From a virus (taxonomy: Duplodnaviria > Caudoviricetes), in IMG/VR virus record IMGVR_UViG_3300011339_000356, positions 1 to 31,098 of that record: a stretch of DNA of 31,098 nt, one strand, 5' to 3'. Made by a program: the position numbers and the translations under genes. Each line of letters opens with the position of its first letter. The stretch's first letter is position 1. Shown piece by piece: positions 10,286 through 17,562 of the stretch. Below the pieces are notes generated by a model that did no database searches, had not been told where the DNA came from, and worked only from the letters and a program-made list of their open reading frames with translations.

Positions 10286-10510
10286 ATGAAAGCCAAGCTT
10301 ACCTTCTTTGTCACACTGATGGTCAGCATGACCCTGTGTATTGTTGTTCTGTCAATGTCTGGTGTCATGTTGCTTGGACTGTTTGACGACAAGGTGGACA
10401 ACAACAAGATTTTTGAACTTGTTGGCCCTGCATTTCAAACCATTGTCGGTGGCTTTATCGGCCTGTTGGCTGGCGTTAAATTATCACACGAGGACGAAAA
10501 GAAATGCTAA
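10286..10510 (+). CDS. Two-TM membrane protein of the lysis cassette
   Basis: Two hydrophobic segments and a charged C-terminal tail; overlaps the next gene. Confidence 0.6.
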   Translation: MKAKLTFFVTLMVSMTLCIVVLSMSGVMLLGLFDDKVDNNKIFELVGPAFQTIVGGFIGLLAGVKLSHEDEKKC

Positions 10511-10995
10511 CCCTACTCTCCACCTTAGTCTCCTTTCTGGCTGGCGGCTTGCCCAAACTGCTGGGTTTCTTCCAAGATCGCGCCGACAAGAAGCATGAGA
10601 TGGCAATGGCACAGTTGCAGATTGAGCGTGAACTGGAACTACGCAAAGCCGGGTTTGAGGCGCAGCAGCGGGTGGAGGAGATAAAAGTCGAAGGTCAGGC
10701 AATCGAAGCCGAAGCGTCAGAACGAGCCGCACTGTACGCACACGACATAGCCATCGGTCAGGGAGCCAGTCAGTGGATGATTAACCTGCGCTCCGGTGTG
10801 CGCCCGATACTGACCTACGGATTCTTTGCCCTGTTTGCGTTTGTCGAGATCGGCGGGTTTGTCTACGCATGGCAACGTGACATTGCCTTTGACGTTTTGA
10901 TTGCCAAGTTGTGGGACGCCGACACCCAGATCATCTTTGCGTCAATCATCAGCTTCCACTTTGGTGGACGGGCGTTTAAAGGTGGCAAGGATTGA
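10504..10995 (+). CDS. Putative holin (GTA-type 3TM holin-like)
   Basis: DKKHE coiled coil, W..NLRSGVRP.LTY and C-terminal SIISFHFGGR; immediately upstream of the lysozyme. Confidence 0.65.
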   Translation: MLTLLSTLVSFLAGGLPKLLGFFQDRADKKHEMAMAQLQIERELELRKAGFEAQQRVEEIKVEGQAIEAEASERAALYAHDIAIGQGASQWMINLRSGVRPILTYGFFALFAFVEIGGFVYAWQRDIAFDVLIAKLWDADTQIIFASIISFHFGGRAFKGGKD

Positions 10996-11468
10996 AAGTC
11001 TCCGACCGCTGCAAGGAGATGATCAAACACCATGAGGGCGTGAGGTTTAAACCATACCGTTGCCCAGCAAAACTTTGGACTGTAGGAGTAGGCCATGTTT
11101 TATACCCGGCTCAAGGTGCTTTACCACTCGATCAAAGAGACGCTTTTCCGCTGGAACAAAATGATAACCGTACTTTTTCAGCGGGGGAAGTAGATGGAAT
11201 CCTTAGTACTGATCTCCAGCGATTTGAGGTTGGGGTCGCCCGACTTTTTCCTGTGGTGCTTACCGCAGGTCAGAACGATGCTCTCGTCAGCTTTGCTTTT
11301 AATCTGGGTTTGGGGGGCGTACAGCGATCAACCCTCCGTCAGAAGGTTCTTCGGGGCGAGACGCAAGAAGCTGCCGACGAGTTCTTGAAGTTTACGAAGG
11401 GCGGTGGCAAGGTGCTGCCTGGCCTGGTTAAGCGCCGGAACGACGAACGGGCGCTGTTTCTTTTATAA
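10992..11468 (+). CDS. Endolysin, GH24 phage lysozyme
   Basis: HEG...YRCPA.LWTVGVGH (E-x8-C-x5-T triad), DALVSFAFNLG, STL, LPGLVKRRNDE; TTG start. Confidence 0.95.
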   Translation: MKVSDRCKEMIKHHEGVRFKPYRCPAKLWTVGVGHVLYPAQGALPLDQRDAFPLEQNDNRTFSAGEVDGILSTDLQRFEVGVARLFPVVLTAGQNDALVSFAFNLGLGGVQRSTLRQKVLRGETQEAADEFLKFTKGGGKVLPGLVKRRNDERALFLL

Positions 11469-11610
11469 CCGCCCGATACGCCTCAATTGCATCTTTGAGG
11501 TCACCTCGCAGCTGCTCAAGCTGATCTTGCTGCTGCTGGAGCCGCAGGTAGGCGTCCAACGCAAACCTGTCAAGCGTTGCCCTGTCCCAAGTTGCAAAGG
11601 TAGGGGTCAT
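11428..11610 (-). CDS. Hypothetical coiled-coil protein, end of the leftward operon
   Basis: 60 aa; ATGA coupling with the upstream gene; overlaps the lysozyme 3' end convergently. Confidence 0.6.
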   Translation of the reverse strand: MTPTFATWDRATLDRFALDAYLRLQQQQDQLEQLRGDLKDAIEAYRAVIKETAPVRRSGA

Positions 11611-11828
11611 TTAGGGTACGGGCAATCATCTGGCACAAACGCCAGGCAGTGGACAGCAGCGTACTTTGTCCTGCTCTGGACCCAACGATCAATGTAGGTG
11701 TCAGGCATCAGCGCCAGGCTGCGGCTGATTTGGGATGGCCCAATGTTAAGCGCAAGAGCCAGCTCCAAAGCAGTCATGCCATCCGGCGCCTGGTCCAAGG
11801 CGTCCCTAATCTTTTTTGAGATTACCAC
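11607..11828 (-). CDS. Small HTH-like protein
   Basis: IRDAL...PDGMTALELALALNIGPSQISRSL resembles a winged helix-turn-helix. Confidence 0.6.
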   Translation of the reverse strand: MVISKKIRDALDQAPDGMTALELALALNIGPSQISRSLALMPDTYIDRWVQSRTKYAAVHCLAFVPDDCPYPK

Positions 11829-11917
11829 GGCGCATCCTCATGGTTGTCGGGGTTAAACGGGATGGGCGGCATGGGCCTGTTCGGGGGCAATTCAGTGGGG
11901 AAGGGCCAGTTATCCAT
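11822..11917 (-). CDS. 31-aa Pro-rich peptide (not in ORF track)
   Basis: MDNWPFPTELPPNRPMPPIPFNPDNHEDAPW*; SD AAGGAG; fills the gap between its neighbours. Confidence 0.55.
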   Translation of the reverse strand: MDNWPFPTELPPNRPMPPIPFNPDNHEDAPW

Positions 11918-12074
11918 TGTTGCGCTCCTTGAGTTTGGCTTCAATGTACTCACGCAGTTCGTCAATCTCTTCTTGTAACCTCTTTTGAATCATTGAGTTA
12001 CTAATCATCCCGCTTTGATGTTCGGGGTGTTCGTCACAGCGTTGATAGAAGTCTTTTATGTCTTCGTATTTCAT
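11910..12074 (-). CDS. Hypothetical protein
   Basis: MKYEDIKDFYQRC...; SD AAGGAG and ATGA overlap support a start at 12074. Confidence 0.6.
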   Translation of the reverse strand: MKYEDIKDFYQRCDEHPEHQSGMISNSMIQKRLQEEIDELREYIEAKLKERNNG

Positions 12075-12436
12075 GTGTTCTTCTCCTTGAGTGAATTTTG
12101 AATGTCTTTTGCCAAAACCATTAAGGCAGGCATTTGGTCGTAACTGGGCCACCAAGAGGCAAGCGCCCTGATCTCATCATCCGTCAGCCCAACCCACGGG
12201 CGCTGTGCTGCTTTCCACTCCGCAACAAAGGCAATGGCGTCCAGCCCGTACTCAGCAATGATATTTTTAATGCCTTCCCACTCGGGTGGTGGCTTGGCCG
12301 CCTCGTACCCGCAACGGTAAAAATACTTCTCTGCACTCTCACTCGTGTAAGTTTGTGTATCGTCGTCTTCCTCGGCCATTGCCCGGCGCTTGGCTTCTGC
12401 CTCAATGCGCTCAAATTCGCTGTCTTCTGTATTCAT
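12071..12436 (-). CDS. Hypothetical early protein
   Basis: MNTEDSEFERIEAE..., with a WVGLTDDEI...LKEKNT end that I recognise from small phage early ORFs. Confidence 0.6.
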   Translation of the reverse strand: MNTEDSEFERIEAEAKRRAMAEEDDDTQTYTSESAEKYFYRCGYEAAKPPPEWEGIKNIIAEYGLDAIAFVAEWKAAQRPWVGLTDDEIRALASWWPSYDQMPALMVLAKDIQNSLKEKNT

Positions 12437-12558
12437 GTCATTCCCCACAAATAACCCACAAGGCCAGCGATGCCTACCAAAGCAAACAGCGCCAGGATGC
12501 AGGTGGCAATTAGGTGCATCCAGTTTGCCAGCTCATAGTCTTCGTCATCGTTATCCAT
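12433..12558 (-). CDS. 41-aa single-TM protein (not in ORF track)
   Basis: MDNDDEDYELANWMHLIATCILALFALVGIAGLVGYLWGMT*; SD AAGGA; ATGA coupling. Confidence 0.65.
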   Translation of the reverse strand: MDNDDEDYELANWMHLIATCILALFALVGIAGLVGYLWGMT

Positions 12559-12567
12559 GATGTTTCC

Positions 12568-12807
12568 TTAAAAAGGTATGTCGCCATCATCATCTTTCGG
12601 CAAGCCCTGGTACTCTTTAGGCTTTGGGTCATTCAAGTATGCCCAACCATCCCAACCACCTTCTTTCAACGGGATAACGTCCAATTTAAGCATTTCTCCC
12701 CGTTGCGTCTGGATAATGCTTCCAATGCGTTGATAACGATTTTTTGTTGCACCTTGTGCGTTGGTGTATGTGCCGACTACGCAGCTAATTTCTTTTGAGA
12801 TTGCCAT
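12568..12807 (-). CDS. SSB-like protein
   Basis: Acidic DDDGDIPF tail, beta-rich core, located downstream of ERF and the exonuclease. Confidence 0.65.
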   Translation of the reverse strand: MAISKEISCVVGTYTNAQGATKNRYQRIGSIIQTQRGEMLKLDVIPLKEGGWDGWAYLNDPKPKEYQGLPKDDDGDIPF

Positions 12808-12815
12808 GATTTTCC

Positions 12816-13445
12816 TTAGTAGGTATGTTGTTTGCTTATTTCTTGAATAACTTGGTCATAGTAGACCCGCGCTGCTTGAACCTTGATTTTGATCTTGTCT
12901 TCCAAAGCCACATCACGCTCATAAGGCACGATGGTCACTCGCAATTCCCGATTGATGTGGTCAACTTGGTGCAGCTGCTTGTTTTCCCAGCCAATCAATT
13001 CCTCTGGAGTTGAGACCAGGCAATAGGCAATGTCTGCTCGTGGCTTGTCCCAGAGCCACATATACGCCCGTAATTGCCATTCGTACCCGATATCTCTGCC
13101 CTGGTCAGACAGGACAGGGAAAGTGGTAAGGCACCAGCTGCTTTTGATGTCAATGATTTTGTCATCAGCAACAATGTCAGCCTCTCCACTAATCCAATCA
13201 TTGTTTTTGCGCTCAATGTTTTTGGAATGGCTGGTCAGGTGGACAGCGTTGTAGAGGTCAATGGATTCGTCTTCCACTGCCAGCCCTTTGTCCATATATT
13301 TGCTGGTGACCCGTTCATCGTAGCCATAAATAAACTCTTTGGCTAACTTGGTGACGTAAGTCTTAGCCCCAACAGACAACTCATCTTTACCCTTGCCATC
13401 GGTCATGATTGCGCTTAATGCGCTGGCCCGAAACAGTATGCTCAT
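12816..13445 (-). CDS. YqaJ/lambda-exonuclease-like PD-(D/E)XK nuclease
   Basis: FRASAL, KYMDKG..VE, GEADI...IIDIKSSW, YEWQLRAYMWL. Confidence 0.85.
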   Translation of the reverse strand: MSILFRASALSAIMTDGKGKDELSVGAKTYVTKLAKEFIYGYDERVTSKYMDKGLAVEDESIDLYNAVHLTSHSKNIERKNNDWISGEADIVADDKIIDIKSSWCLTTFPVLSDQGRDIGYEWQLRAYMWLWDKPRADIAYCLVSTPEELIGWENKQLHQVDHINRELRVTIVPYERDVALEDKIKIKVQAARVYYDQVIQEISKQHTY

Positions 13446-13990
13446 AACTTTGCCTTTTGTGCGTCTTTGGCTTTAGTGATTTGTTCACGAAAGTTTTGGT
13501 CATCACCTACAGTTTTTATTCCCTTAAAAAATGCTTCTTTTAGTTGGTCATGCGTGGTGCATTCCGCAATGTCTGCCAGCAATGCTTTGACCGTAGCGTC
13601 AGACACTTTGGCTGCTGGTTTGCTGCCAGCATTGCCATCATCATCCTCTGGCGCTATTCCACAAGCCGCCATCAGGCTGTACCGCCTGGCATACGTCAGA
13701 GCAGAGCCGTAACCCTGGGGGTCATGCTTAGCAGCGGGAACGTGCAAGATGCCGCACTCGAGCATTTCGCCGCTTTCATGCACAAACATGGTTTCCACCA
13801 TGACGCCATCGGTGCAGTCGTAGCATTTTTGTATCAACGCTATCCCGTTGTCGTTTAAACCGCCTATGACGGCCTCAACGCAAGCGGAAAGGTCAGCATA
13901 GCGTGACTTGAAATGCGGGTTTGTAGCGGTCTTTAAAGCAGGCCCAAAAGCCTTTTGTGCCCTGACCAGGGCAGTAGCAATCAGTTTCAT
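13442..13990 (-). CDS. erf: ERF-family single-strand annealing protein
   Basis: NPHFKSRYADL, HESGE and QGYGSALTYARRYSLMAACGIAPEDDDGN signature. Confidence 0.95.
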   Translation of the reverse strand: MKLIATALVRAQKAFGPALKTATNPHFKSRYADLSACVEAVIGGLNDNGIALIQKCYDCTDGVMVETMFVHESGEMLECGILHVPAAKHDPQGYGSALTYARRYSLMAACGIAPEDDDGNAGSKPAAKVSDATVKALLADIAECTTHDQLKEAFFKGIKTVGDDQNFREQITKAKDAQKAKL

Positions 13991-14184
13991 ACAGTCTCCT
14001 TTTGATTTAATTCAATTTCCAATTCCTTGCACCGTTCCTGAGCGTTTTCCAGCAAGTACGCCATTTCTCGCAGCGCACTGGTCAGCATCCCACATTCAAA
14101 CGCCAGCCTGTCGGCAGGCTCTGCCCCTGCGTAAGATTTGGCAACAACAGCGTGTATGCCATCTAATATTTGATGAATGTTCAT
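13987..14184 (-). CDS. Hypothetical protein
   Basis: MNIHQILDG...; ATGA coupling on both sides. Confidence 0.6.
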   Translation of the reverse strand: MNIHQILDGIHAVVAKSYAGAEPADRLAFECGMLTSALREMAYLLENAQERCKELEIELNQKETV

Positions 14185-14438
14185 AGTTGCACCTTTGAAG
14201 TTTTTTTGCCACGTTTTGTGAAGCACTGCACAGCGCCATCGTCCAGCAGCCGCCAGCCTGCGTTTTCACCGCAAAGCTGCTGCGCTGCTGCCTCAAACCG
14301 CTGCTGGCGCTCCTGCTCAGTCTTAGCCGCCTTATAAGTTGCCACAGCATCCTGCGCTGCCTCGATCTCGCTAGGCCAGTCCAGGTAATGGCTAGTGCCC
14401 AGCACCAGGGCTATCAATCCCGCCGCCACCCAGTTCAT
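14181..14438 (-). CDS. Hypothetical protein with N-terminal TM/signal segment
   Basis: MNWVAAGLIALVLG followed by a domain with two cysteines; coupled to both neighbours. Confidence 0.6.
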   Translation of the reverse strand: MNWVAAGLIALVLGTSHYLDWPSEIEAAQDAVATYKAAKTEQERQQRFEAAAQQLCGENAGWRLLDDGAVQCFTKRGKKTSKVQL

Positions 14439-14590
14439 GCCTCACCCCGCCCACGGCAGGTAGTGCACACAGCACCGTCAAACTCACCCTCACCGCTGCC
14501 TTCACAGGCTGGGCAAATGTCTGAGTCGCAAGGCTCACTGTCGTCAGCCATGTAGCTGGCAAGGTCTTCGCTGTAGTCATAGTCAATCAT
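14435..14590 (-). CDS. Small DnaJ-type zinc-finger protein (not in ORF track)
   Basis: MIDYDYSEDLASYMADDSEPCDSDICPACEGSGEGEFDGAVCTTCRGRGEA*, containing two CxxCxGxG motifs; SD AAGGA. Confidence 0.7.
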   Translation of the reverse strand: MIDYDYSEDLASYMADDSEPCDSDICPACEGSGEGEFDGAVCTTCRGRGEA

Positions 14591-14602
14591 GATGTCCTTT
14601 CT

Positions 14603-14616
14603 GGGGCCGTAGCCCC
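14603..14616 (-). promoter_or_regulatory. GC hairpin with C(UACG)G tetraloop in the early leftward transcript
   Basis: GGGGC-TACG-GCCCC on the minus strand, directly 5' of a Shine-Dalgarno sequence; no U tract. Confidence 0.5.
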
Positions 14617-14623
14617 GTTGTGT

Positions 14624-14800
14624 TTAGACCAGAGCCGCCTTGACTTTTGCAATCAGGTCAAGTGCATAAGAGTGGCGACCATTGACCCATGCGCCATTGA
14701 TTTGTTTCTGGAAAAACGTGCAGCCTTTGCTGTCAACCAGTGCGCGGCGGGTACCGTGCTGGTAGGCCATTCCGTTTTTTGTGCTGTAGATGCTGATCAT
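14624..14800 (-). CDS. First gene of the leftward operon, 58 aa (not in ORF track)
   Basis: MISIYSTKNGMAYQHGTRRALVDSKGCTFFQKQINGAWVNGRHSYALDLIAKVKAALV*; SD AGGA. Confidence 0.6.
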   Translation of the reverse strand: MISIYSTKNGMAYQHGTRRALVDSKGCTFFQKQINGAWVNGRHSYALDLIAKVKAALV

Positions 14801-14972
14801 TTTGCTTCCTAAAAGACCCTGTGCAAAGTGCTGGGGAATGATGTAAGTATAAGTGTTTTCTTAACGCCACAAGCCCTTTTTAACTTATTTTTATATAAAA
14901 TTGTTATTTAAAACATCAAAAACCAAACTTTTTTAACTTTAGAGCCTTAAGAAAATCCTATAAAATGCCAGG
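14801..14972. promoter_or_regulatory. Divergent early promoter/operator region
   Basis: AT-rich strand switch. Rightward TTTAGA-17-TAAAAT; leftward TTGTGG-15-TATACT. Both spacers contain TTAAGAAAA. Confidence 0.65.
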
Positions 14973-15167
14973 ATGCAAACCCTTGAACAACTGAAAAAAG
15001 CGCATGATGACACGCTCGCCCAGGCTATCCAGAAGGCAGGCAGCAAGTCAGCATTGGCCCGTCTGCTGGGCGTGACACCGCCTGCTGTAGCACAGTGGCG
15101 CAAATTGCCAGACAAGAGGCTGGCGCAACTACAGGCAAGCAGGCCAGAATGGTTTGGTAAGTTATAA
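14973..15167 (+). CDS. cro: Cro-like HTH regulator
   Basis: AIQKAGSKSALARLLGVTPPAVAQW...P; first rightward gene. Confidence 0.85.
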   Translation: MQTLEQLKKAHDDTLAQAIQKAGSKSALARLLGVTPPAVAQWRKLPDKRLAQLQASRPEWFGKL

Positions 15168-15173
15168 TTGGTT

Positions 15174-15260
15174 AAACACGGCTAGGGTAGCTCCCGAAAA
15201 GACGATTCTGATACCGTCCTGCCACCAGTGTTTCAGTATCGGCAACCGACATCAGTAAGG
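15174..15260 (+). ncRNA. Candidate C4-antisense-like structured RNA with downstream target sites
   Basis: TATAAT at 15163-15168. Stems AAACAC/GTGTTT, GGC/GCC, GGG/CCC and GACG/CGTC. Loop CTGATAC is complementary to downstream GTATCGG and ATCAG. Confidence 0.55.
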
Positions 15261-15267
15261 TTACGCA

Positions 15268-15501
15268 GTGGCAACACTCACTCTCAAAAAGCCAAAATTT
15301 ATTGGCAACAATCCCCTAGAAAACATTGCTTTAAAGTTTGTCGTAATGCGGCAGGCTAGGTCAGCTAAATCGTTTCGGTTTACTTGTTATCACGATTCAT
15401 TTAATGCTGCAATGAAGGAAGCTACACGTTTGGCAAAAGCGTGTGATACCGAGCGATTTTTAGTGCTGCAAGTGCATGGTTGGGCCGACTGGAGGCCGTG
15501 A
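15268..15501 (+). CDS. Hypothetical protein
   Basis: 77 aa, GTG start, SD AAGG; stop overlaps the initiator start. Confidence 0.6.
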   Translation: MATLTLKKPKFIGNNPLENIALKFVVMRQARSAKSFRFTCYHDSFNAAMKEATRLAKACDTERFLVLQVHGWADWRP

Positions 15502-16271
15502 TGCACTACTACCAATTCAACATTGGCGATTATCGAGCCGCTACAGCGCATTTGTCTAACGAAGAAGATTTGGCCTATCGCCGTCTTTTGGATATGTACT
15601 ACGACACTGAAAACAAGATACCCCTGGATACCCAGTGGGTTGCCAAGCGGTTGCGAGTGGCAATAAAAGTAGCGGATGAAGTCTTACAAGATATGTTTGT
15701 TAAGCATGAGGATGGGTGGTTTCACGCCAAGTGTGATGACTTGATACAACACTACCACGCTATGGCTGAGAAAAACAGGGCGAATGGACGCCTTGGTGGA
15801 CGCAAAAAGAACCCAGTGGGTATCCCAGTGGCTACCGACTCGCAACCCATCGCAAAGGCAACTATAAACTATAAACTAGAAACTAATAACCAAATAGATA
15901 CCAATATATGTCCACCTGTCGGTGGCCCAGAGGTAAAAATTCCAGATTGCAATCATCAAGGGGTCATTGATTTGTACCACCAGCAGCTGCCTACCTTGCG
16001 CCGGGTTGAGGTTTGGAACGCTGCCAGGCAAGGCTACTTGAGACAACGCTGGCGGGAGGTGGCAACGGAACTGGGCAAAGACAAGCCGATCAGCGCTGAT
16101 GCCGTTTTAGACTGGTTTGATGATTTTTTTGGTCACATCAACAAATCAAAGTTTTTGATTGGCAAGGTGAACAGCAAAGACGGGCGAGCGTTTACTGCCG
16201 ATTTAGAGTGGATTCTGAAACCCAGCAATTTTGCAAAAATAGTGGAAGGAAAATATCATGGCGCTCACTAA
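15501..16271 (+). CDS. Replication initiator, DUF1376/YdaU family (lambda O position)
   Basis: MHYYQFNIGDY...HLSNEEDLAYRRLLDMYYDTE, NGRLGGR, C-terminal ADLEWILKPSNFAKIVEGKY; SD GGAGG. Confidence 0.85.
   Translation: MHYYQFNIGDYRAATAHLSNEEDLAYRRLLDMYYDTENKIPLDTQWVAKRLRVAIKVADEVLQDMFVKHEDGWFHAKCDDLIQHYHAMAEKNRANGRLGGRKKNPVGIPVATDSQPIAKATINYKLETNNQIDTNICPPVGGPEVKIPDCNHQGVIDLYHQQLPTLRRVEVWNAARQGYLRQRWREVATELGKDKPISADAVLDWFDDFFGHINKSKFLIGKVNSKDGRAFTADLEWILKPSNFAKIVEGKYHGAH
15810..15895. repeat. Putative replication origin: iterons plus AT-rich repeats inside the initiator gene
   Basis: CCCAGTGG at 15812 and 15824 (also 15631), followed by AACTATA-AACTATA-AACTAGA-AACTAAT. Confidence 0.5.
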
Positions 16272-16479
16272 CTTCAAAAAAGAGGAAATTTTCGAAGGCA
16301 AATCTGACCTGCTTTGCAGTGTGGACGGCTGCACAAGCCGCTGGAGCGTGAGGATTGATGGGCAGCTACCGAAATGCAGTCATCACCAGTGGCAGCAGCC
16401 AAAGTACGGCAACACCAAAACCTACCAGCAATACCTGGCAGACAAAAACAGCCCTGGCGTGCCGCCTGTCAGCACCTAA
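16258..16479 (+). CDS. Small Cys/His zinc-finger-like protein
   Basis: CSVDGC...CSHH; SD AAGGA. Confidence 0.6.
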   Translation: MALTNFKKEEIFEGKSDLLCSVDGCTSRWSVRIDGQLPKCSHHQWQQPKYGNTKTYQQYLADKNSPGVPPVST

Positions 16480-16493
16480 TACAACAAGGGGGC

Positions 16494-17562
16494 ATGGTGA
16501 ATGAGCTGGCTTTATTCGCAGGCGCTGGTGGAGGAATTATTGGGGGACACCTCCTCGGATGGAGAACAGTCTGCGCTGTTGAGTGGGAACCCTATCCCGC
16601 AAGCGTACTGTGCGCCAGACAAAATGACGGCCTTCTCCCGCCTTTCCCGATTTGGGATGACGTTCAAACCTTTGACGGCAAGCCGTGGCAAGGAATTGTT
16701 GACGTTGTATCTGGAGGATTTCCATGCCAAGACATCAGCTCCGCTGGGGGGGGGGGCTGGCATTGATGGAGAGCGCAGCGGGATGTGGCGAGAAATGGCG
16801 CGCATCATTCACGAAGTACGACCCCAATTCGTCTTTGTGGAAAACTCACCAATGCTCACTTCTCGGGGACTTGGAACCGTTCTTGGAGACTTGGCCTCAA
16901 TGGGGTTTGATGCGAAATGGGGAGTGCTGGGAGCAGCAGACGTTGGCGCAAACCACCAGAGGAACAGGATTTGGATTGTTGCTACTTCCAACACCAACAG
17001 CATCATCAATGCCTTGCGAGGGGACAGTCAGGATCATGCGGAAAGCATGGGAGAGTGGAGAGTTCACGCTAGAGGAAGTTTCAGCAGTAGCCGGAAGGGA
17101 TGTGAGGAAGTCACAGGGCAAAGTACCAATGTGGCCTACGCCAACAGTGCAGGACTCGGAACAGGCGGGTGGGAAGGGTTCCATATCAAGCGGGAAAAGG
17201 GGGTTATCGCTGCACCAAGCAACACAACTGTGGCCCAGCCCGAATGCAAGGGATTGGAAGGACAGCGAAGTCAGCCAGGGGAACAGGAAATCGCCGAATC
17301 TGGGAACTCAAGTGCATTGGCCTACTCCACGGGCAGCAGATCACAAAGGGGCAACAAGTGCAGATGCAATGAGCAAGGCAGCAGCAAGAGGTTTCAACCC
17401 GAACTTGCCGGAACTTACGGCAGCAATATCAGGTGGTGGGAAACTGAACCCAACGTGGGTAGAGTGGCTGATGGGGTGGCCGCTAGGGTGGACAGACTTA
17501 AAGCCATTGGAAATGGGCAAGTCCCATTGTGCGCCGCAACAGCTTGGAGATTGTTAAATTGA
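16494..17562 (+). CDS. C5 cytosine DNA methyltransferase, alpha chain, frameshifted at a G11 tract
   Basis: Motif I (LFAGAGG) and IV (GGFPCQD) lie in frame 16494..16766. Motifs VI (VENS), VIII (HQRNRIWI) and X (RLKAIGNGQV) lie in the +1 frame after 16756. Deleting one G joins them. Confidence 0.85.
16501..17557 (+). CDS. Overlapping alternative-frame chain (beta) of the methyltransferase: WPTP repeats plus motif IX; broken by the same G tract
   Basis: With G10 this frame is open from ATG 16501 to 17557. It has four (L/W)P(T/S)P repeats and KLNPTWVEWLMGWPLGWT, resembling motif IX, which the alpha frame lacks. Confidence 0.65.
16746..16756 (+). repeat. G11 homopolymer
   Basis: Eleven consecutive G counted at the exact frameshift point. 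Confidence 0.9.

Noticed and set aside
16374-16493. N-terminal extension of the methyltransferase ORF
   Set aside because: It overlaps the zinc-finger gene. Motif I and the AAGGGGG SD point to a start at 16494 or 16497.
16501-17562. The 353-aa ORF as a complete methyltransferase
   Set aside because: It lacks motifs I and IV, which are in another frame; it is a chimera created by the G11 tract.
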